From positions 29,264,001-29,328,000 of the forward strand of contig OZ024757.1 in NCBI GenBank assembly GCA_964016885.1: a stretch of DNA of 64,000 nucleotides. Reading direction: 5' to 3'. The position numbers were made by a program, and so were the translations under genes. Source of the stretch: Eledone cirrhosa (lineage: Eukaryota). This document shows positions 1 through 12,566 of this stretch, one piece after another. How positions within the stretch are numbered: the stretch's first letter is position 1; each line of letters opens with the position of its first letter. The notes under the pieces are model-generated. The model was not told the origin of the DNA, ran no database searches, and saw only the letters and a program-made list of their open reading frames with translations.

Positions 1-77
1 GGCTGATCGACGGGGAAGCATATGTAATATGTTAATGAATTGTGTTTTGATGTATCACTGATTCCTCGTTATCTATA
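1..77 (+). mobile_element. 3' end of hammerhead-bearing fold-back family C (cut by the window edge)
   Basis: Aligns with 8745-8823, 13500-13578 and 27905-27985 (..tgatc..gaa(a/g)cat(at)gtaatatgttaat..cactgatt..cgttatct). Confidence 0.75.
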
Positions 78-234
78 ATAATTGTTTCTACTTTTGGCAC
101 AAGGCCAGCAATTACGCAGTGCATTACTGGTACTTTATTTTATCGACGCCGAAAGGATGAAAGGCAAAGTTAACCTCGGCGGGATTTGAACTCAGATCGT
201 AAAGGGACGTAACGATACTGCCAATTCACCGCCC
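78..234 (-). mobile_element. tRNA-derived SINE (family S), small internal deletion
   Basis: Minus strand has A-box-like TGGCAGTATCG, B box GAGTTCAAATCCC, central GCCTTTCATCCTTTCGGCGTCGATAAAATAAAGTACCAG and a TTA-type tail. About 11 related copies occur in the window. Confidence 0.9.
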
Positions 235-235
235 T

Positions 236-250
236 ATATCTATCTATATG

Positions 251-284
<34 letters not shown>

Positions 285-359
285 ATAATATATATATTAT
301 ATATATATATTATATATATATATTATATATATATATATATTATATATATATATATATAT

Positions 360-393
<34 letters not shown>

Positions 394-395
394 AT

Positions 396-429
<34 letters not shown>

Positions 430-564
430 ATATATATTATATATATATATATATATTATATTATATATATATATATTATATTATATATATATATATTATA
501 TTATATATATATATATTATAGTAGAAACAATTATATATATATATTATATATTATATATATATAT

Positions 565-619
<55 letters not shown>

Positions 620-662
620 TATATATATATTATATATTATATATATATATATATTATATATA
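236..662. repeat. (TA)n/(TTA) microsatellite
   Basis: Direct inspection. Confidence 0.97.
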
Positions 663-1244
663 AAGATCAGACACTTTTGCATTGACATTCGTGGGAGAAC
701 TCGTGCTTAGACCTGAATGAAGAGTACTACAAGAAAACCATAGAAAATCAACATTAAATGTAGTAGTGAGTATTAAAAAGTTAGAGGAGTGTGTATTATT
801 TTAAAATCGCATCCACCCACACATAAACCAGCACCACTACCACCATCATCGCCACCACATACATCGCCATCGCCATCACCATCACCACCCTATTCACAAC
901 CACATACACCACCAGCACCTCCACCATCATCATTAATTTCATTCTCCAAAAGAAACCATATTAAAGCATTTTCACTTACGTTAAAAAAAGAAACACACAC
1001 ACACACACAGACACAGAGGCGCATGTACATACGCACACACACATAGACACAGCCACACACCCACACACAGGTGCATACACACACAAGTGCATACACAGAC
1101 ACACACATACTCTCAGACATGCACATTCATGTCCCACACTCGTACACTCACATAAGTACGTAGGTTATTTCAACACGCAAACGTATGTGTATATGTATGT
1201 ATATATATATCTATGTATGTTTATATATATATATATATATATAT

Positions 1245-1447
1245 AGTTTTAATATAGATGAGATTCTACAAGACTAGAACTGTTTCATTCATTTGAAATC
1301 ATCAGGAATCTCTGATTCCTGATGATTTCAAATGAATGAAACAGTTCTAGTCCTGTAGAATCTCATCTATATTAAAACTGTTATACTCTGCTATGTATTG
1401 AGTACCTTACTTACTGTGGTTACCTCCGATTCAACCCGGAATAACGT
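1245..1447 (+). mobile_element. Family A fold-back element: 135-bp palindrome (1245-1379) plus unique tail; putative Penelope-like pLTR remnant
   Basis: 66-bp arms with 1 mismatch and apex TCT at 1311-1313; (TA)n on both sides; sister copies at 10285, 39403 and 62363. Confidence 0.85.
1314..1362 (+). ncRNA. Type I hammerhead ribozyme (mirror copy on minus strand at 1262-1310)
   Basis: gattc-CTGATGA-tttcaaatgaat-GAA-acag-ttctagtc-ctgt-A-gaatc. Helix I is 5 bp, helix III is ACAG/CUGU, triplet is GUA (predicted cut after 1357). Confidence 0.8.
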
Positions 1448-1699
1448 ATATATATATATATATATTTGTATGTATGTATGTTGGCATGTATGTATATATA
1501 TAGGTTGATGGATGTATGTACTACAATGTATGTATGTATGTATGTATGTATGTATGTATGTATATGGATATATGTATATATATATATATGAATGTGAATA
1601 TATGCTTCTATCAAAATAAGTATAAGTGTATGGTTATGTTGTGTCTGTATCTCTGCTTAATCGTGTGTGCATTTGTGTGTGGATGTATGCCTATTTTCT

Positions 1700-3020
1700 T
1701 GTGCGTGTGTATGTATGTATGTATGAGTTTTAAATTGTGTGTGCATGTCTGAATTCTAATGTGTGTCACCGAGCGCCTACACGTCTGTATGTGTATGTGT
1801 CTGTTTTTGTGTGTTTCATGAAGTGTGGCGCAGTTTGTGCGTATGAGCGTGCATATATGTGCGATGTGTGTGTGTCTTAATGCGCCACTATTTGAATGGG
1901 TGTGTGTGTGTTTGTGTGTTTGCATGTATATGTTTGTGCGTGCATGCATATGTTCGTGTGCGTGTCTTAATGCGCCACTGTTTGAGTGTGTATGTATATG
2001 TGTGTATGTGTGTGTGCGTGCGTATATGTATTTGTGTGTGTGTCTTAATGCGCTCCTATTTGAGTGTATGTGTGTATGCGTGTTTTTGCGTTTGTTTGAC
2101 TGTATGTGTATGCATGCGCTTGTGTATCGGTGTGCGTGCATGTGTATGTACGCGTGTGTATTTACGTTTGTGAGCGTCTATGTGCCTGTATGTGTATGTG
2201 TGTCTTCATAATGTGCCACTGTTTGAATGTGTGTGTGTTTGTGTGTGTGTTTGCGTGTGTATGTGTGTGTGTATGTGTGTGTAAGTGTGTCACTATTTGA
2301 GTGCGTGCTTCAGTGTGCATGTGTGTGCGTGTGTACAATAGAGTAATATCAATGCTAAGTGTCTGTTTTCGTGTGTGTTTTAAAGTGTGTCGCTGTTTGA
2401 GCGTGTGTGTGTGCATGTATGTGTGTGTGTATGTGTGTCTTAATGCGCCACTGTTTGAGTGTGCGTGTGTATGTGTTTGCTTTTGTGTATGTGCGTGTAT
2501 GTGTATATGTTTCAAAGTGTGTCGCTGTTTGAACGTGTGTGCGTCCATGTATGTATGTGTGTGTGCGTGTCTTAATGTGCTATTGTTTGAGTATATGTGC
2601 GTATTGGTGTATGTGTGAGTTTGCGTATGTGCGTGTATGTGTCTATGTATGTGTGTGTGCGCGCGTGTGTGTGTGCATGCGTGTGTTTGCGTTCGTATGG
2701 GTGTATGTGCGTGTATGTATACGTGTGTGTTTGCGTTTGTGTATGTACGTGTGTACTTATGTTTCAATGTGTGTCACTATTTTGAGTGTGTGCTCCTCTG
2801 AGCATGCGTGTATGTGTGTTTGCGTTTGTGTGTGTGTATGTGTGTGTCTGTGTGTGTGTGCGTGTATGCGTGTGTTTTGATGTGCCACTGTGTCTATGCC
2901 TGCGTTTGCGTTCGTGTGTATGTGCGTGTGTGTCTGTGTTCGTGGCTGTGTGAACGTATGTTTCAATATGTGTCACTATTTGAGCGTGTGCTCCACTGAG
3001 CATGCGTGTGCTTGTATACG
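1700..3020. repeat. Degenerate TG-rich minisatellite
   Basis: Recurrent gtcttaatgcgccactgtttgag-like anchor every ~80-200 bp within (TG)n. Confidence 0.85.
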
Positions 3021-3189
3021 TTATAGTAATATCAATGCGCTGAAGAATTTCCCGCCCACGTGTTTCCTCTCGAAGCCTCCCCCCCCCCCCCACTGTGCAA
3101 TGGTTGGCTACACCGAAGTCGAGGCTACCAAGCAGAACCAGGCTAGGCTGTCACTAAGGCATCTCTCTCGCTATACACCACTAACACTA

Positions 3190-4031
3190 ACACTAACACC
3201 ACACCACCACCACCACCCTCATATCATCATCATCATCATCATCATCATGATCGTCGTCGTCGTCATCATCGGCATCATCGTCATCGTCATCATCGACGTC
3301 GTGATTGTCATCGTCGTTATCATCGTCATTAACATCATCGTCGTCATCATCAGCAGCAGCATCAATAGCATCAATAGCCTTAATATTACCACCACCATCA
3401 TCATCACCATCGTTAGCATCATCATCATCATCGTCACCTCCACCATCACCATCATCATCGTCATCAACAGTATCTGTCATCAGCATCAGCAACAGTAGCA
3501 TTAATGTCATCATCGCCACCACTATCCTCATCATCATCATCATCAGTCATCGTTAGCAGCATCAACACCACCACCAACACCCTCAACACCCTCAACACCA
3601 CCACCAACACCCTCAACACCACCACCACCATCACCACCACCACTAACAAAACACAACAACACCACCACCATCACCCTCAACACCACCACCACCACCCTCA
3701 ACTCCACCACCACCACAGTCACCACCACCACAGTCACCACCACCACAGTCACCACCACCACAGTCAGCACCACAGTCACAACCACCGTGAGCATCCATCA
3801 TCATCATCATCATCGTTAGTAACAGTAATAACAAGAGTAGAAATAACAGCTGCATTAGTGTTGGTAGTATGATGAGTAGTAGTAGTAGCGGTGGTGGAGG
3901 GTTAGTGGTGCTTGGAGTAGTAGTAGTAGTAGTAGTAGTAGTTTTAGTAGTAGTAGTAGTAGTAGTAGTAGTTTTAGTAGTTTTAGTAGTAGTAGTAGTA
4001 GTAGTGGTAGTAGTTTTAGTAGTAGTAGTTT

Positions 4032-4067
<36 letters not shown>

Positions 4068-4088
4068 TAGTTTTAGTAGTGGTAGTTT

Positions 4089-4121
<33 letters not shown>

Positions 4122-4325
4122 TAGTTTTAGTAGTAGTAGTTTTAGTAGTAGTTTTAGTAACAGTAGTCGTGTTAGTAGTAGTGGTGTTAGTAGTAGTGGT
4201 GGTGGTGTTAGTAGTAGTGGTGGTGGTGGTGGTGGTGGCATTAGTGGTGGTAATAGTAGTAAAAGTGGTTGTAGTAGTAGTAGTAGTAGTAGTAGTAGTA
4301 ATAGTAGTACTTTTAGCAACTAATA
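3190..4325. repeat. Compound trinucleotide repeats (CAT/CAC/TAG)n
   Basis: Direct inspection; source of the poly-I/D/S/V/L ORFs. Confidence 0.95.
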
Positions 4326-4663
4326 GTTAGTAAGCGCTAGCTGATGCACACAACACTGATGGTGCATACATATGATCAAAATCTTTCCAGCCGTGAACAT
4401 CTCATGCTATATAGGAATACAGTTAGCACTGTGGACTTTCAGCATTAAATAGACTAGTAGGTGATTCGAAGATGGTTTACCTGCTATGTTTAGCAGGTCG
4501 AGCCATCAATAAAGCACCCCACCCTCGGTAGATGAGGTGGGGGTTGTATTAACACCAAAGTAATGGTTTTTATTCTGTTTCAATACTGATATGGTGATTC
4601 TAATATCTAGCCCCAACTCTTACACAATGTATGTATGCACGAGAGTATGTTCATCTTTTGTAG

Positions 4664-4694
<31 letters not shown>

Positions 4695-5787
4695 TATCGG
4701 AGGAAGCTTTTAGCGATACTCCGGCTAATATATGTATGTATATATATATATATAATCATACATCACATGCATATACACACGCACACAGACACATTCATAC
4801 ACATACATATATATATATATATAGTTATGAAATAACATAAGACAATTATTCCATTTACCAAAGGTTTCACGAAGACAGACGTGCTCGACACAGACGTCTG
4901 AAATCGCTCATTATATATATATATATATATATTTAGGATATCAAAGTATTCCAGTGGTTTGATCAGACACACACTGTAATTAAGGTCGAGTGACGTAATT
5001 TCTAGTGATCAGCGGCCTTTAGACTCACCTGATTAATGAAACAATTGTCAATACTGTAAATAAACTCTTTTTGTACAGCCGACCATGTTATTCTTCACTC
5101 TTTCACTATATACATATATATATATATATATATATGAAAACAGGGAGAAAGAGACGATTATTAGGAAGAAAAATATATTTTTTCCCCTTTTTTATTTATT
5201 TCTCACTTTTTTTCTGGGTTAGAAAATGATTAAAACGAAATATTTTACTTTGTGTGAAATGTTAAGGTATTAGTTGATTGATTTATTAATTAACAATGGC
5301 ACTTATTTATCTATTTATATATTTAATAATTTTCTATTACCGGTTTCAGCATTTTTATGCATTATCAAATGATAGTGATATGTATTGGTGTAGAATGGTG
5401 GTGTTGCAGATGTTAAAGAAATGGTACAGAAAGAATAATGTTATTTACAAACAAGATTCATGAAGGGAAAAGAAAAAAAGAAAAAAAGATAAAAAGAAAA
5501 AAGAAAAAAAAGGGGTGTAATGTGGAGCATAAAAGTCGTCAATGTGAAAGAAAAAATAATGTTATTTACAGGCATAGTTCTTGAAGTTAAGCAGATCAAA
5601 ATAAGTTAATATAGCAAGGGTTCTTAGTTGTTCCGTGATGGGGGCAAACGTATATATATATATATCTATGTATATATATATATATATATCATTTTATATA
5701 TGGCTTAGTGTACCTCTCGTAACAGAGTTGTATGTATAGTGGATTGTGTAGTTTTTCCGTAATTGTTATGGATGAAGAATGACCTCA

Positions 5788-5861
5788 AAAATTCTTGCGT
5801 AGCTAAAAGATAAGTCGACCTATGATTAGTGGAGGCCCTTGTTATTAAGAAGCTGTTGCCG
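5788..5861 (+). pseudogene. Decayed GIY-YIG-endonuclease-like C-terminus of a Penelope-like element
   Basis: Reads KILA*LKDK / frameshift / DL*LVEALVIKKLLP, resembling the recalled PLE pattern xILx(7-8)LxxxEALxIxxxxP. A same-strand hammerhead follows ~80 bp downstream. Confidence 0.45.
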
Positions 5862-5943
5862 CCGGAGAGCCCTGGACACAGGGAAACACCTACAAACGTA
5901 TTCCGACAGGCAACGGATTTGCCAAGACATGAATTAGATTATC

Positions 5944-5985
5944 ATAGTCTGAAGATAGATTATAAAATCAGAAAGGGCTCACTGT
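5944..5985 (+). ncRNA. Type I hammerhead ribozyme, minimal helix III
   Basis: atagt-CTGAAGA-tagattataaaatca-GAAA-gggc-TC-actgt. Helix I is 5 bp including one G-U; triplet CUC. Confidence 0.6.
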
Positions 5986-6157
5986 CAAGTGAACAATATT
6001 AACCAAGCAACTCATAAACTGTAACCTTTCTAACAATAATACTAACCCTAATCCTAATTCTATCTCCAACCCTAACCCCAAGTTTATATCACATATCTAA
6101 CTTTCTACATCTTTCTACACCTCTACCTATATATATCACTATATCTATATATACATG

Positions 6158-6675
6158 ATGGCTGCCCCCTCGTTATCGGGTATGGCCATTGCACGATATA
6201 CCATTATTAATAATTATTAATTAATTCAATCGTGCAATGCCTGTGCGTGAAGATATTTTTTTAATTGGGGAAAGACTGTGCACTGAGCCAATCTCACTCT
6301 CTGAGCGACAGTAGCTATAACCCGAAAATAAGAAAAGATCAACATCATCGGTAACTACTGAGCCGCAGGTTTTATATCGGAGTTATCCCAGTTTCCTGAA
6401 GAATGCCCTGACAAAGGTTAGAGGTCCTTCAGTCCCAGTGGTTTAACCGCGTGGTAATGTATATATACATATTTACACACTTTCGGATGGCCCTTGACTC
6501 TTATGAGTTCTTCTGCCCTTTGTCAGGTTTTGTTTTTCGTCCTGCAGGGTGTCCAAAATCCCCCTCCTCACCAAGTAAACTTGGTGGAGTTGCCAGTTTA
6601 GTCGCCGACGACCCGACCATGCGACAGGTTGTACTGGGTTACATGTTACCAGTAGCACTCAAGAGTGACCCGACA
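6158..6675 (-). mobile_element. Diverged copy of bipartite non-autonomous RTE derivative (family B)
   Basis: 6481-6675 aligns closely with 39015-39212; 6158-6190 and 6236-6300 match the family 3' end and middle. Confidence 0.8.
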
Positions 6676-6813
6676 TATATACATACACACACACACACTC
6701 ACATATATATATGTATGAATGAAATAATTCCGTCGGAAAGGGCCAGGAAAAAAGAGTGCTCTATGTAGGTTACAGAGCTTATTAGTTATGTAATAAACAA
6801 GATAAGATAATTA

Positions 6814-6873
6814 TTTCATTTACCAGTGGTTTCTTGAAAGCAAACCAATCTGTTTTCAGTCGTCAGAATGAAA
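6814..6873 (-). ncRNA. Type I hammerhead ribozyme in a ~250-bp island between TA-rich tracts
   Basis: Minus strand: tttcatt-CTGACGA-ctgaaaacagattggtttgctttcaa-GAAA-ccactgg-TA-aatgaaa. Helix I is 7 bp, helix II ~9 bp, helix III ACCA/UGGU, triplet GUA. Confidence 0.8.
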
Positions 6874-7158
6874 AAACTCTGGTGTTTTATTGAATGTGGA
6901 TTTGGAAACAAAAATATAAAAAATATGAAAGTGAGGCTGAGGGAAGAAGAAAAAAAAGATTATAAATATATAAGTATATAAACACACACACTCTCTCTGT
7001 CACATACACACACGCACGCACGCACACACACACACATAGTATTTTTTGACTAATAGTTGGAGTTATAAAAACGTACATAATGGAAAAAGGGATGAACAAT
7101 GACGTAGTATATGGAACAGGAACCCACATCTTTGGCTATCAGGACCACTGTGCTCACC

Positions 7159-7218
<60 letters not shown>

Positions 7219-7522
7219 CATACATATATATATATGTATATATGTGTATATATATTCTTATGAAAATTAAATGATTCGCTCTGTGACTCCAAGTTTTCAG
7301 CACCGAACTAAGTAAGCATGAAATTTCTATGAAGTCAATCGGCCAACTAGAAATAACAGCTAACATCTCCAGTCTTTGAAAAGGAAGTTAGCATTGTATG
7401 ATATATTTCCACCAGAATCAGTTTCATCGCCATCACCGCCATCACCAATAACACCACCAACAACCCCTATTACTAATGTTACAAGACACACACTATCAAC
7501 AATGTCAACAACAACAGCAACA

Positions 7523-8432
7523 ATCGAACCCGTAAGGATGAAAGACAAAGCTAACCTCACCTGGATTTAAACTTAGAACGTAAAGGGCAGTAACTCATGC
7601 TGAAAATCATGCTGTCCGACGCTCTAATAATAATTGTTTCTACTTTTGGCACAAGGCCAGCAATTACCCAGTGCATTACTGGTACTTTATTTTATCGACC
7701 CCGTAAGGATGAACGGCAGAGATAACCTCGACGGGATTTAAACTCAGAACGTAAAGGGTAGTAACTCTATGCGTCAAAGCATGGCGTCCGACCCTCTACC
7801 GACACTACCAGTCCACCACCCTTAATAATGATTTCTACTATAGGCACAAGGCCAGTAATTTTGGGAAGGCAAAGTCGATTAAATCGACCCCAGGTCATTA
7901 CTGGTGATTTATTTATCGACACCTTAAAGATGAAAGGCAAAGCTAACTTCGGCTGGATTTGAACGCAAGACGTAAAGAGCCGTAACTATATGTTGCGAAG
8001 CATGTTGATCTTCCTTCTATATCTACTGCCAATACACCGCCCTCCTGGCGGCCAAATAACAAGATGGTATTACCGTTTACATCTTTTCTGTCCAACATAA
8101 CCCAAACAGAATTGTACAACTTTGATAACTATTTACCGATAAACAGAAAAAAAGGAAAACATCTGACTCTGATCACACATATTTAATTCCTAATTAGCAA
8201 ATTTGGCTGCCAGCAACTTGAGATTACATCAAATATAACTGACCATTACACACACAATAATTGGCACAAAGCCATACATTTTTTGGGGATGAAAAAATAA
8301 ATTAAATCGACCCCAGTGCATTACTGGTGTTTTATTTATCGACCCCATAAAAATGAAAGGCAAAACTAACCTGAGTGGGTTGAACTTAGAACGTAATGGG
8401 CCGTAACTCTATGCATAGTGTTCGACGCTCTA
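7523..8432 (-). mobile_element. Cluster of four same-orientation family S SINEs (7523-7626, 7628-7822, 7825-8043, 8255-8432)
   Basis: Each contains atcgac..gatgaaaggcaaag.taacct..ggatttgaac or a close variant. Confidence 0.88.
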
Positions 8433-8544
8433 ATTACATGTATATACGTATATAGAGAGAGTTGTTGTAAGGTTGCAATAAATGCGTCGGTAGGCGGTAC
8501 GCCGTTTGAGCACTCGATGCTTACGCGGAGCAGAGTATATTATC

Positions 8545-8823
8545 ATAAATAACGAGGTATCAGTGATGCATCAGAATACTATTTATTAACATAACCTGTC
8601 TCTGCATTCGCAAGGTCCTCAGATACTGCTGGGGATGAAACGGACCGAATATTGTCAGTTGGAAGAAATGCCTTGAAAACGATAAACATATCTGAGGACC
8701 TTGCGAATGCAGAGTCAAGTTCGATCTATGATAGATCCTGCCTTGAGTTGATCGTCGGAGAAACATGTAATATGTTAATAAATTGTGTTCTAATGCATCA
8801 CTGATTTCTCGTTATCTATAATA
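8545..8823 (+). mobile_element. Family C fold-back element with degenerate ~50-bp terminal inverted repeats
   Basis: ataacgaggtatcagtgatgcatcagaatactatttattaacata versus tatgttaataaattgtgttctaatgcatcactgatttctcgttat; inner IR gcattcgcaaggtcctcagata / tatctgaggaccttgcgaatgc. Confidence 0.8.
8685..8776 (+). ncRNA. Type I hammerhead ribozyme with long (~60 nt) domain II
   Basis: aacatat-CTGAGGA-[..tcaag..gatcta tga tagatc..cttga..]-GAAA-catg-TA-atatgtt. Helix I is 7 bp, helix III is the palindrome ACAUGU, triplet GUA. Confidence 0.7.
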
Positions 8824-8828
8824 ATATG

Positions 8829-8861
<33 letters not shown>

Positions 8862-8897
8862 AAACCCTCCAAGTTGCACTTTCAATTTCTTATCCTT

Positions 8898-8946
<49 letters not shown>

Positions 8947-8949
<3 letters not shown>

Positions 8950-9007
8950 AGCCAAACAGAGTCGAACCCTTGCTAGCAGAGATACAACCCTTGCATCTCT
9001 TTCAACG

Positions 9008-9051
<44 letters not shown>

Positions 9052-9111
9052 AGCCAAACAGAGTCGAACCCTTGCTAGCAGAGATACAACCCTTGCATCT
9101 CTTTCAACGTG

Positions 9112-9161
<50 letters not shown>

Positions 9162-9219
9162 AGCCAAACAGAGTCGAACCCTTGCTAGCAGAGATACAAC
9201 CCTTGTATCTCTTTCAACG

Positions 9220-9275
<56 letters not shown>

Positions 9276-9335
9276 AGCCAAACAGAGTCGAACCCTTGCT
9301 AGCAGAGATACAACCCTTGCATCTCTTTCAACGTT

Positions 9336-9380
<45 letters not shown>

Positions 9381-9442
9381 AGCCAAACAGAGTCGAACCC
9401 TTGCTAGCAGAGATACAACCCTTGTATCTCTTTCAACGTTAT

Positions 9443-9505
<63 letters not shown>

Positions 9506-9565
9506 AGCCAAACAGAGTCGAACCCTTGCTAGCAGAGATACAACCCTTGTATCTCTTTCAACGTT

Positions 9566-9614
<49 letters not shown>

Positions 9615-9672
9615 AGCCAAACAGAGTCGAACCCTTGCTAGCAGAGATACAACCCTTGTATCTCTTTCAACG

Positions 9673-9716
<44 letters not shown>

Positions 9717-9775
9717 AGCCAAACAGAGTCGAACCCTTGCTAGCAGAGATACAACCCTTATATATCTTTCAACGT
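8947..9775. repeat. Tandem array: 8 copies of a 62-bp unit separated by variable (TA)n
   Basis: Unit aggagccaaacagagtcgaacccttgctagcagagatacaacccttg(c/t)atctctttcaacgt starts at 8947, 9049, 9159, 9273, 9378, 9503, 9612 and 9714. Confidence 0.97.
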
Positions 9776-9842
9776 TATATATATAGAGAGAGATAAATAA
9801 AAAAAATAAATTATCGCTGTACATGGCTGAATACAATAAATG

Positions 9843-10206
9843 TAATCTGAGTTTTTCGAATATTAATATTCGATTCGTTTGCATTTATGCGAACAGCCAG
9901 CTTTCCAAAGCCATGTCAGCAGAATGAGCCCCTTTTGTGAAATGCTTTGGGAAGGAGGCTGTTTGCATAATTGCAAACGAATTGAATATTATTATTACCG
10001 GTGAATTGGCAGTATCGGTGGAGGGTTGCACGCCATGCTTTCCAGCATAGTTACGTCCCTTTACGATCTGAGTTCAAATCCTCCCGATGTTAACTTTGCC
10101 TTTCATCCTTACGGGGTCGATAAAATAAAGTACCAGTAATGTACTGGATAATTGCTGGCCTTGTGCCTAAAATATATATATAATATAATATTCGAAAAAC
10201 TCAGAT

Positions 10207-10208
<2 letters not shown>
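9843..10208. mobile_element. Fold-back element whose right arm is split by a SINE
   Basis: Left arm 9843-9898 pairs with 9957-9990 plus 10186-10208. Confidence 0.8.
9999..10170 (+). mobile_element. Family S SINE
   Basis: A box tggcagtatcgg, B box gagttcaaatcc, central domain. Confidence 0.9.
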
Positions 10209-10240
<32 letters not shown>

Positions 10241-10241
10241 A

Positions 10242-10284
<43 letters not shown>

Positions 10285-10453
10285 GATGCTTCTACAGGAC
10301 TAGAACTGTTTCATTCGATAGAAATCAATGATTCCTCTTGAATGAAGCAGTTCTAGTCCTATAGAAGCCTTTTCTATATTAAATATTTATACTCTGCTTT
10401 GTATTGAGTACCTTACTTACTGTGGTTACCCCTGATTGAACCCGGGATAAACT
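10285..10453 (+). mobile_element. Family A fold-back, degenerate (hammerhead core partly deleted)
   Basis: gcttctacaggactagaactgtttcattc ... gaatgaagcagttctagtcctatagaagc plus the family A tail. Confidence 0.8.
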
Positions 10454-11427
<974 letters not shown>

Positions 11428-11616
11428 CATTGTTTTATTCATTATTTTATACATTGTTTTATTCATTATTTTTTTAATATTTTATCTTGACTCTGTATTC
11501 CTTTTATCTTTCACCGAAAGTGATTTTTGAATGCATCTCTTCTTTCCATGATATCCGGATTACATTGAGTTCTTCATACGGATTGGACACTACCGTAAAC
11601 TTTTGGTAGATTTATC

Positions 11617-11661
<45 letters not shown>

Positions 11662-12183
11662 AAGTTTAAAAGAAATGATAATACAACCATATACCAGCAA
11701 GGAACATTTTAAAAGCACTAAGTTAAGTAGTGAAAAATTGAAGTGTTGTTTACGAGTGGTTTACTAAAATGTTGTAGTCTCGTGTAGATAAGTTGACTTT
11801 CACGAATCGAAACTACGACATTATGATACTAACTCCAACACAATTAACACCAGGCCACACGATGGTCAGCATAGACATACTAAATTCATTCTCTCACATA
11901 CAGAAATATAAATCTGATAAAGTCTTTTCGAAAATTACGAACAACACATCGATCTATGATTTCCACAGCAAACGTTGATAGACGACAGAATAAATAAACC
12001 AAAATGGCGCAGGAACATATAGTGAGACCACTTAAAGGCCTCGTGATTTGGTCAGAAGTATAAAGAAATAATAACATTGATGTGCCAATAATATATAATA
12101 TAATCCATCATTATGTCGATCCTGTCTGGGCACCTAATCTCTTTGTAATACATACCACAACAAACTACAAGGAGTATATACAC

Positions 12184-12226
<43 letters not shown>

Positions 12227-12234
12227 TGTGTTTT

Positions 12235-12281
<47 letters not shown>

Positions 12282-12480
12282 TTATGTAACACATGTGTGT
12301 GTATAGGTAGGTATGTTTATATATGTATGCCTATATATATATATATATATAAGTTTGGTGGTTCACCACTGGAGAAGAAATGGTCATATATATATATATA
12401 TATATATATAAATATATAAATGTGTGTGTGTATGTGTGTATGTGTGTGTGTATGTGTGTGTGTAAATAGGAGTGTGAGTC

Positions 12481-12566
<86 letters not shown>

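Noticed and set aside
6043-6079. Interstitial telomeric repeat
   Set aside because: Only two exact CCCTAA units among degenerate ones; too short to call.
8947-9775. CRISPR-like repeat/spacer appearance
   Set aside because: Spacers are only (TA)n, the repeat is 62 bp, no cas genes are present, and the context is eukaryotic.
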